From Phoronis australis (taxonomy: Eukaryota > Animalia > Phoronida): 64,000 nt of DNA. Positions within the stretch are counted from its first letter, which is position 1; each line of letters starts with the position of its first letter. The translations under genes were made by a program, and so were the position numbers. Below are positions 53,598 to 64,000 of this stretch, one piece after another. Location: assembly GCA_002633005.1 (NCBI GenBank), contig NMRA01000046.1, positions 180,510 to 244,509 on the forward strand, written 5' to 3'. The notes beneath the pieces were generated by a model. It saw nothing but the letters and a program-made list of their open reading frames with translations, was not told the origin of the DNA and did no database searches.

Positions 53598-54738
53598 TAG
53601 GCAATGACCATCGCTTCTATTGGCCCGACCAGAGGCGATGCAGCTCCTATAGGTAGGGAGGACAACGTTTTTTTATTTTTTTTTACAATACCCATGAGTC
53701 ATACATTTTTGAAAAGCCCTTGGTGTGAGAAATAAAATGGTGCAAAAATCAGAAAAATTGGATGAGCGGTTAACGAGAAAATGGCTGATACGCGACGATT
53801 ATGCGTAAAATATCTGCCTTTTTACATAATTTCGTAAAAAATAAAAGAATATACATGTGCTGCATGTAAAAAGATTCGTCTCATTGTGACAAACATGGTG
53901 GTGTGTATTATATAAAATTTGGATCGATTTCTACAGAGATATTGCTGTTTAAATGTGTTGTTAGCATATAGAACAGGCTCATCATATTTGATGAAAACAA
54001 TGAATTACACAGCATAAAAGGTAAAGAGCAAAGACATCACATCAGCTCAGAAATANATTTTTGTCGCGGAAAGGTTCACATTGACCATTTCAAAGGCTGG
54101 TTATCGGGCATGATGTGGGCCGTAAAAGTTTCCGCGTTTTTTGTCATTGGTCATTCCAAGCCCTGAAATAGGCCAAAAGATGAGCCATTGCGGTCTTGTC
54201 AATCAAATGTTCGTTTCCAAATTGTCACCACTACTTGTGTTTAATTGGCATTAGTTGAAACTGATTGTATTTAATGAATTATTGTTTGTATTTGATAAAA
54301 ATTAATGCTGTTGATAAGACATTTAATAGTCTTTGTGCACATATTTGACATTGTAATGTTTAACAACACGGCAAATGCACGGCTGGTTCCCGGCACCACG
54401 TACGCAGAGGGCGGGGATTTCAGCTTTCAAAGTTCGCCGGTAGGACCGCAACTTCTGACCTTCGACCTGGTTAAAAGAATGAGGTCATATCTCTTGGTGT
54501 GCGCCGAGTGAAAATGGTGAGTTCACGATTTTGGGAACTGAAATAGGGATTGCTCGAAGAAAAAGTTTGATGTACACGTCGAGGTGTTCCTCTATGCGCA
54601 AAAGGTATTTTTAAGAACGAGACTTTGATGTTTTAGTCGGTACGAGGCATAATCCGCCGAAAAGCTTCCGGCGTATGGAGCGCCTATAGGAGCTGCATCG
54701 CCTCTGGTCGGGCCAATAGAGGCGATGGTCATTGCCTA
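53598..54738. mobile_element. Second Academ-like element, with nested fragments
   Basis: TAGGCAATGACCATCGC...GCGATGGTCATTGCCTA termini; 54520-54738 is the reverse complement of 23976-~24240; contains a 6-bp-TSD hAT end at ~54117-54165. Confidence 0.75.
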
Positions 54739-54959
54739 AGTTTGTAGCCGACACGTAGCCCCTTGGTTGGCCGGTTTGGGGCTTCAATACGTCGCATCGC
54801 TTTTTGTACCAATTTCGTCCCGTGTATATTTTAAACGGTTGGTAGGCCAAATCCGGTCACCAATTAAGAGTTTTCACCTTGTCAAAAATACATTCCACAC
54901 TTAAATCTGTCACTTAAAAAAGCACTTATCATAGGGATACCACTGTCGTCAGGCTCCAA

Positions 54960-55044
54960 TGGTCGTCCGTCATCTTTCGTGTGCAGCGCAGCCACACGGG
55001 ACTTGGTGTTCCATTAGGTTTTAACCTCTTGGGTGCCCAAAGAG
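54960..55044 (+). other. Candidate non-coding first exon of VDAC
   Basis: Pyrimidine-rich start (CATCTTTC) and donor GAG|GTTAGT; the VDAC ATG exon has an AG acceptor 8 nt upstream (TTTTAG|CATCCACAATG). Inferred. Confidence 0.35.
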
Positions 55045-56841
55045 GTTAGTACCTAAAACAAGCAAGTTAAGAGGGGTGTATACACTGGTCAAATCTCCAA
55101 ATTCCTATCTATAATAAGTATAAAGGGGTTTTAACTAGTTAGAAATGACTCTGAAAGTGACAAAAATCGATGAAAAAAGTTTTTATTGTACTTTGTTTTT
55201 TTAATTTAAAATATTTTAATTTTCAAAACATCAATTTTACCTCGGAATTTTTTTCAAAATCCAAAGGGATTATCATCAACTGTTTCCAATATTCTGCTTA
55301 TCCATACCAAATATATGTACAAAATAATTATGATCTTGATTTTGTAGCATTTTTGCACGCAAGTTGTGGCAAGCACGCCACTTTCTGTCATTTGGTCACT
55401 TTCCGTCTAATTACTAAAAATCTGGTCCATGTATCAAAAAATCCTGGCACACAATTTTACTTCAGTTCTAGAGGATTTCAAATCCGCAAATTTCGTAAAA
55501 ATTGACTCATGTTTTGCGGAAAAATAGGCCCGAGAATCTTGCCAGACTCAACCCTGAAATCACGAGCCGAGAAAAATGGCTTTGAAGTTAAGCGGGCATC
55601 AATTGCCACTCGAGGTCAAAATTTGTTCAGGATGAGAGACACATAATTGAACTTTACTCAGTGATGTCACCCGCTGTCCCAAATCTCGGAATACTCCCCC
55701 GAAACCGCAAACGTCACGCACGGCCACTACCTAAGTTAAGTTTCCGAACGGCTTGGCAGATTTTTAGAGGGAGTATGCGCCACAGGTCATGCTGCCAATG
55801 AAACTCCTTAGAAGGCAACGAGATGAACTCGGTCAATCCCAATGGGCCGGTGGCACCAAAAGTAACCAATAATATTCATCTAAGTGAGAAATACACAAAC
55901 AAAAACCAATGAGAGCCGTCAAAAGCAGTTTCATGCAAATGTTTGTTGAGACTGGTATCTGTAGAGCCTGTGTTGTGGGGCCCACGGAATATTAAAAAAT
56001 GTGCTATGAAAACCAAAATTCTGGCCTCCCAGAAGACGGCCGTTGCATACACTGCTGCGCAACGGTGCCTTTGCTGACAACATATACTTTGCGGAACTAA
56101 CCACCGAGCCTTAATTATTTTCAATGGGTAATATGATCAGTTGTCCGCCGAACACAAAAAGGTTACTACAAAAGCGAATAGGCCTAACGTAACGATCAGC
56201 GACTTTCGTGCCGGACTGCACGGATTAGGCATATAGGTAGCACTGGGCCTTTGTTTAAATTCAGTTGACTATGACTAGTTGTCCGAGATGAATTGAAAAG
56301 ATTATTTACACACCACGATAGCCTACACCATAAATAGACTAGCGGCCCGGTCTGCCGCTTGAGTGAGACTGGCCATTAGGCTGTCCACGACTGACCGCTT
56401 GCAACGTAGCCTTTATTCAGTTTCAATGGGATATACCAGTTGCTGTCAAGCGTAATTTAAACCAGTGAAGACCTTATAACGACGACGACGCCTTTTTTAC
56501 AAAGTAGTCCCTATATTTTTAAACTGGTTGCGGGATTTTTAAACAGGATGCTGGACTTTTAAACAGGACGCGCGCTCGGCCAAACAGGATGCTGCGACAC
56601 GTTAAAAGTGGTTGTGGAGAACACTGGTATGGAGAACACTAACATGTCCGCACTGGTCCTTTTCATAATGTTCTATTTAGGAAAGATGTTTGCCTTCAGA
56701 AAAAACAAATGATTAACATTCCAAGGTTATATTACAACCTTTATATGTTCGAGGGGATTTCAGCCAACATGCACACTCTGAATCAACCACTAATCAGGCT
56801 TGCACTTTAATTTGTATGGTTTGTGTATTTTAGCATCCACA

Positions 56842-59800
56842 ATGTCAATCCCACCAAGTTACGGTGATCTTGGCAAATCAGCCAGAGATGTGTTCAATAA
56901 AGGATACAGTAAGTGAGAGACTCAATTTACTTGATTTAAATTTAAAATACTTAGGAATTTGCAAATTTCATGGGTTCATTCTTGGTGCGTGCTTCCTAAT
57001 AACTAATGTCCAGTAGTTTGGAAGCCTGCCTTCTCAGAGGAAATTTCCAGTATGCCAAGATTTAATGTAATCAGTGTATTGTCATTATCACGGTCTCATT
57101 TGGAAAAAATTGATTTTTACTTGTGTTCTTATTCTGCAATAAGTTGATGTTAGTAAAAACAAATAAATGGGATGTATTGCTGTTTTTTTTAGATTTTGGT
57201 GTTTGGAAACTGGAGTGTAAAACAAAGACCAACACCGGAGTTGAGTTCAAAACTGAGGGACAATCAAATACAGACTCTGGCAAAGTTTTTGCCAACTTAG
57301 AAACAAAATACAAATGTGCTGATTATGGTGAGTATGAAAGTGTTTCTGCCCATCAAATGAGTTTGTGTTATCATCATTGCTTGTTTGTTGTCCATAGTTC
57401 CATCTGCCCAACTGTGTGGTTGTGTACCAAGTATGAAGAAAACTGTGAGTCTGCAGTTGGTCATGACTTTTGTTTTCATAGCCAGATGATTACATTAGCC
57501 ATCTGCTGCGATATTTCAGGTCTCACATTCACTGAGAAGTGGTCCACTGACAACATTCTGGGCACTGAGATCACAATTGAAGATCAGTTGGCTAAGGGAC
57601 TCAAGTTGGCATTTGATACTACGTTTCAACCAGCAACTGGGTAATTAGAATAATTCTCTGCAGATTGTCCTCTGAATGAAGTAAATCACTAGGATGCATT
57701 CACTTCATTGGCTTAACACAGTTACTGGATTTTGTCATCTTTGCTAGTGTCAGGCAGGATAGTGACCAGATGTCATATAAATCTTGAAGGTTACATAGGA
57801 CCCTACACAAATGTCTAATTTGGCTAACTTTGGGACGTCGGTGTCTCAGCAATGTCTGGTCAGATTCATGTAAAACTTTGTGCTCTGCCAAAGAATGCCA
57901 ACTTTGCACTTATCCATATTTTATGTTCTTAAGGACTTCAAAAATGACTCCGTACAGACTTTCAAATTTTAAGGATTTTGAGCCTCCATTTCTTATCAAA
58001 CAATTAACTGAAAGAAAAATTGTCTTTGATTTTGTCAGAGTTATATGTGATCAGTGAAGATCCCAACAAAAAACACCAGACAATGATGGAAATAGTCAAG
58101 AGGGCAAGATCTGACGTTGTAATTTGCTTGTGGGGGTTTCGCTTTTGTGATTGGTCAATTGCAGTTGGTTTGGGAATGACTGGCCAATGAAAAACATGCT
58201 TATACTTGGCTTTACATTGTCATGCCTTTAGTACTAAGAACCTTTGCACATACAATATCAGCGTGGATCAGTAGTTTCAAAGACATATTGAGAGTTGCTG
58301 GGCCATGGTCCTTTGGGGAGATAGTAACTGTTCTGAAATGCCAAAACGTTGCAAAGTGGTTTTTTAGATGAACACTGTTTTGAAATTTTTTTGATGTGTA
58401 CCACACCATCTTTTGATTGAAATTTAAACTTTCTGAAAACACGTGTAATCATAGCAAGTTTATACATGCAAATTACGTATTTTTAACATGAAATTAATTA
58501 ATCATTTGGCAGCCCAACACTGTTTTCTACAATGCTGTTCATAAATTGTTTTAAAATGGTTCTTTTTTGGAGCTGTTAAAAATGGACTTAATGATTTTCA
58601 CAAAATGAAAAAGTTCCAAAAAATGAAACAGTCATTGAGAAAACTACAGCAGCATTTTTGATATTTCATCTTTTAGCATTTATATTAAATGATCATGTTA
58701 TTGATACCTCTTGTAGTATCAATGTACCTTTCTTTTTTTCTAAGAAGAGTTTTCAGGTTTCAGAAAATATATACTGTTACCGAGTTAAAATTTATAGTTT
58801 TGTAAACTCTTGGCTAAGCACATGTATCCGGAGTTGTCAGTAAGGTCCTACATAAGGGCTGTTCCAGCAAAATCTGTATTTGAAATAAAAATTTATACGA
58901 GTGGTCCTTCTTGAAAGAAGTATATCATTAAAGCTGGTTGTGTTTTTTTTTTGCCAAAAATTCACTTTGCAGAGACCCATAAGTATCCAAAAACAACAAA
59001 ACAAGCCCATGTTGTTAGTGTACACTGTACCTCTACTCAAGTCATGGGCAACTTGATTAGGGACACATGTTTTACAGTCATATTGGAATTACTGAAACAC
59101 TAGACTAGTTTAGAATTTCTGCAACACTAGACTAGTTCCAATATTCACTTGGCGTAGCGGCGTGAAGGTAGTCGTAGAAACACTTTGAGATGCATAGATT
59201 CATGAAATGGAAAAAATCATATTGAAATTACAGACACCTGGTAGACTGAGACACCTGGTGGCTGCCTAATGTATTGCTTACAGGTGTGTTTGAAAAGCAA
59301 GTTTCTGGTAACTGACATGAGTTGTGATCTCACATGAAAATTTTCTGCGCCAACAAAAACTTGTGGTTGAATATAGTTGTCACCCCGTCCATTTGTCCAT
59401 CTGTTGATCCGTCTGTTAATCATTTCTTTTCCATCAATTATCTCGAGTACCACTTTGTGTATCATGAAGTAATTTGGTTAGAGGTACTTGGCAGGGAAGC
59501 GCCAGCACCAGACAGTTTTCTGAGTGAATTGGCTACCGTGGTACCTCATGTTGGCCATTTTAGTTTTCATCAAGCCATTCCCTTTGCATCCACTATCTTT
59601 AAACTGCTTAAGGGATTATGATGACATTTAGCACAAAAAGAGATGGCGAGGAAGCACTGAAACCAGCCAATTTTTGGACAGATTTGGCTACTGTAGCACT
59701 CCTGTTGGCCTGACAAGACAGGTTAATTATCACAAAAATCGCTAGGCACAACTGTATGCAATTTTGCTCAAGAGATATATGACATGGATGTATACGCTGA

Positions 59801-62800
59801 TTGCGTCACTTTTCATTTTGATTCGACCACCCTCTTGGTCGCTTTAGTTATCAACTACATCCAACAAGACTGTTAGTTATCCATTGATCATCTAAGCACT
59901 TGACAGATCATGATGTGTGTCCTAGAGGCAATTTGTTTACAAGTGTTCCTCCCTCTTGATGAAATTTTGAAATAATGAGCACCCCTAGCATCTACCATTT
60001 GCATTGCATCCGAATGGCGCGTACCGATATTCGTTTTCATTAATCGCTATTCGTTGTGAAGCATATGTGAATTTTTATTCCTTTCGTGGTAGAGCTGATG
60101 TGTCTACTGGACCATTGTTGGCTCGTGAAAGACTGATAATAATTAAAAATTGTGGGTGGATGCATTTTATATTTCAACCTAATTAAAAATTATGGGTGGT
60201 GGGTTGGAGAAATAAATATGGGCGGTGGGTAAAAATGAAAGCGCCTTCCACCCTCCAATACAGCTTTTACTGGAACAGTCCTAACCGTAACTGGTCTGCA
60301 GTTACTGTAGATCCTTATACTTTGGCCATTTGTTCGAAAATGAATATCTCACAAAACATTTTTGAAGAAGTTATCCCAGGATAGAAACACAAGTGTGTTT
60401 TACATTGGTCATGAAAATGTTCAGGGATTTACTCAAGTGTTATGAATAGCTGCTTGTAAATTATGACTGTGCAGCTTCAGATTCATATGCCTAAGTGCAT
60501 GCACAATACGAGAATTATGAACACTGTTTAATTCCTTTTAACCACTACAGGAAAAAGAGTGGTACGATCAAGACCAGCTATAAGCGGGAGTATGTCAACA
60601 CCAGCTGTGATGTGGACTTTGATTTTGCTGGTCCGACAGTAAATGGTGCTCTCACTCTAGGGTAAGTTTTTTGTTTTCACCGAGGGTTCTGTTCATGCTG
60701 TGGGGATTGTTTGGCTTTTCTCACTATTGTGTGCTGCTATTGCATGGTGACCACCAATTTTGGGTGAAATCGCGGAAACGTTGCTAAGAATGTTTCCTGA
60801 AAAATTTTACCATACTGCAGAATGAGGACTTTCTAACTTTTAAAAAGCTCTGCCAATGATAACATGTTGCAATGACTTAACTTAAATAATTGCCCAGGCA
60901 GCATAATATCTATGGAATTCAAACAACACTTGTGGGAAGGTCTGCCTCCACCATATTTGACTATATTAAACCTTCGTATTGTAAATTGTAGGTACAATGG
61001 ATGGTTAGCTGGTTACCAGATGGCATTTGATACATCAAAGTCCAAGCTATCCAAGAACAACTTTGCTGTGGGTTATGATGGCGGTGACTTTACACTGCAC
61101 ACCAGTGTGTGAGTATTCATCATCTACAAGATGCTATTGACAAATTGTTGGTTCTCTCATTTTCAACACGTTCGCCATTTGCCTAGTCGTGCTTGTCGTG
61201 TCAACTGTTATTTGATTATTTAAGTAGTTCTGAGATCTCTTGTTATTCCCTTGCCAGAGGCAAATGGGAAGTAGTATTATTGATGGAGTCCTTGCAGAGA
61301 ATGATATTCAGGGGTGTGTAATTCCTTAATTTTTCATGCTATTCTTACCTAACTTGGAAAAATCTGCTTGCGAAGTGCCATAGCCCATATCATTGGTATG
61401 TTGGGATTCAACAATATTTTCCTAAATTTTCTTGATTTTCACTCATCCATGTTGAGAAATGTGCTTCTGTGTGCAACTTTTACCTTTCTCATGAAACTTG
61501 CATTAAGTTTACCAAAAAAATCCTTACAAAGTGGCGTAGTGCAAAATGTCAACAATTCGACTCTTATTTTCATGAATTTTGTTCTGTTCTTGGTGTCCGT
61601 GGATCTATGTTGGCAAATGTTCATCAATGCACAGCTCATCAAAAAAGGGGTTTTGGTTGACGTCACTTTCAAAAAAAGTATGCTTACAAGGTGCCATAGC
61701 ACCTATAGTCGCATTTTGCATTCTCCCTTGTTTTACGAATAATATCCAGTTCGTGATTTTCGCACATCTGTCCATTAGAAGGAAGTGGTCTGTACACTGC
61801 CCCCTACAGGACTTTAGCTCATGGATATTGTTGTCAGTTTAGCATTTATTTTTGGCATCTGTTTTCTACAAGGTTCTCCCTTGGCAAAATCTAATCATTG
61901 TGGAAATTTGTTCATTTAGTTCTTTCATCCATATTACTTTCACTTGCTGAGCTTGCTGCGGTTATTTTTACTACAAAAGAATGAAAATAAATACCATTAC
62001 GATGCAACATTTCGACCATTTGCATTGTAAAGCAGGCAAAACGGGGTTTTAAAACATGGCTCGATTTTCAAACACGATGGAGAACTTATCAAAAATGGTG
62101 CAGCACAATGTTTCAATACATTTAGGGAGAATATCAAAAATCCTTGGAAAATCACCATGGTGATAATGGTTTTCTATTGAGGTGACCATGACTTGCATTG
62201 GCCATTGTATGGATCCATCAGCTGTAGTGCTCTTAGAGGTTAGCGTAGTTTTCTTTGTGTCAATCCAGTTATCTACCAGGACAGCATTTGCCTATCTTGG
62301 ATGACTAGCCGTGCTCCCCGTAGATCCAATTTTGAAGTCACTCGTTTTGGTCACACTATTGCACGGAAATAAGAACCTCTTTCAATTTTGTCATCTGGTT
62401 TTGCTCATGAGAGGTGCTTATCAACACTGCGTTGCTCTTGGGTGTTTTAGAAAAATAACTAGTGGGAAATGAGATGTGTTTCTTGGATAACTTAAGCAAA
62501 GTGAAAACACACTATGAGCAGTAACCTTTGTGAAGTGAAACAGTGGATGAGCACGGGCATTGCTTATTATGCACCCACGTATTTATACGTGGACACATTA
62601 CGCTGTCATCTCTGTCTGTCTGTCTGTCCGTCGTTCACTGCTCTATCTCCAAAACCGGTTGACGTATGTTCATGAAATTTTGCAAATGTGTTCCTTTCAT
62701 GGATGGGACGGCGTGAGCGAAGTTACGGATGGATTCAACTACCGGCGTGTCCCTAGTGGCAATTTTAGTTTTTAACGTTTACCTCCGTATCTTCAAAGCT

Positions 62801-63964
62801 CCTCAACATATTTTCACAAAATTTGGTGTATAGGCATCTATTAGTGAGGCGACGGTGTTCTCCCGTTTTCGCGTCCACTCCTCTGTCAACCAAACCACTC
62901 TAAGCATGATTGTGAAAATTGGCATGTATGTTATTACTATGAAAAGGATGGTTGGCGATGATTTTCTGATGACTTCGACTACTCTGGCTCCTCCTAGTGG
63001 CAGTTTTGTTGTTTTTTCGCCTATGGCTTTATCTCCTAAACTGTTTGCAAGATCATTACTAAATTTAGTTAGTGCTTTTATATGATGATGACAACGGACG
63101 ACGACGATTTTCGGACAGATCTGACTACTGGTGTGCCACCTAGTGGCAATTTTATTTTTTACGTTTACCTCTGTATCTTCAAGGGTCCTCAACGTATTTT
63201 CATAAAGTTTGGTGTACAGGCTTCTGTTAGTGAGGTGATGCTACCTTTCTGTTTTCAGATGGATTAGACCTAGTTTGGGCCACGATGGCAACTTTGACTA
63301 CTGTGGCACCTCCTAGTGGTAGTTTAGTTTTGTTTTGTGCCCATAGCTGTATCTCCTAAACCCACTGCAAGATCTTTATTAAATTTAATTTGTAAGTGTA
63401 TTTATATGAAGCTAACAACAGACAACTTTCAGGCAATTTCATTTCTCTTTTCCTTTATTTCTCTGGAGTTCCGTGATGGATTTCTATGAAATTTGGTGTA
63501 TAGCTTTCTATTAAAGAAGTAATGACATATTTCCATTTTCGGATGGATTGTAGGTTTTTGCGCCATCTAGTGGCCATTTTTATGACACAAATAAACAACC
63601 CTAAAAGCACACCATTTGTGATGCATTCGTGGCCGCATTTCAACGCTCTGCGTTGCTTTTGTAGTGTAATGCAGACAAGTGATACTGGAATGAACTACTA
63701 AATCATTGGTTGTGTTTATCCTTATCACCACTAGCGTCTGTATGTGTATTTACAGCAATGATGCTCAGGAGTTTGGAGGTTCAATCTATCACAAAGTAAA
63801 CAGCCAGCTAGAGACTGGTGTCCAGCTGTCATGGACTGCTGGAAGCAACGCCACCAAGTTTGGTCTGGGCGCCAAGTATGTTGTCAATGACGATACGACT
63901 GTTAGAGCAAGGGTGTTCAACTCCAGTCAAGTTGGTCTTGGATACACTCAGCAACTAAGAAGTG
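56842..63964 (+). CDS. VDAC2: Voltage-dependent anion channel (mitochondrial porin), 3'-incomplete
   Basis: Exons 56842-56908, 57193-57327, 57520-57640, 60551-60661, 60992-61108, 63756-63964; phase-consistent. [56 protein letters not shown]. The invertebrate gene is co-orthologous to VDAC1/2/3, so the symbol is nominal. Confidence 0.97.
62564..63660 (+). mobile_element. Helentron-associated interspersed element (HINE/DINE-1-like)
   Basis: T-rich start, ATGCACCCACG...CGTGG palindrome, (CTGT)n microsatellite, tandem CCT(C)CTAGTGG units, 3' subterminal IR, hairpin CAACGCTCTGCGTTG and T-run. Confidence 0.75.
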
Positions 63965-64000
63965 GTAAGGACTTATTTTTGAGCTGTAACTGAAGTTAAC

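Noticed and set aside
56515-56645. Short tandem TTTTAAACAGGA units
   Set aside because: Looks like the subterminal repeats of a truncated MITE; boundaries not definable.

Overview
Eukaryotic (animal, probably marine invertebrate; taxon not determinable here) genomic DNA with GT-AG spliced genes and one assembly gap (16896-17508). The right two-thirds holds four genes reconstructed exon by exon with consistent intron phases: germ cell-less (GMCL1/gcl, minus, 12 coding exons), a secreted 10-Cys prokineticin/colipase-fold peptide (plus, 3 exons), SAMD8/SMSr (minus, 4 coding exons) and VDAC/porin (plus, 6 exons, runs off the window). SAMD8 and VDAC are divergent neighbours, echoing the human SAMD8-VDAC2 pair; both act in ceramide-dependent mitochondrial apoptosis. 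The left ~27 kb is mostly transposon debris: an internally deleted Kolobok (THAP transposase plus a convergent P2X7-ballast-like KolX), further Kolobok ends, an Academ-like element containing a Penelope-like fragment with a degenerate hammerhead, hAT fossils and MITEs. It also hides a broken multi-exon minus-strand gene with a TRADD-N-like domain. All family assignments come from motif recognition by eye, without database searches. No entirely new system is demonstrated; the best leads are the SAMD8-VDAC pair, the hidden TRADD-N-like pseudogene and the dibasic-site prokineticin-like peptide.
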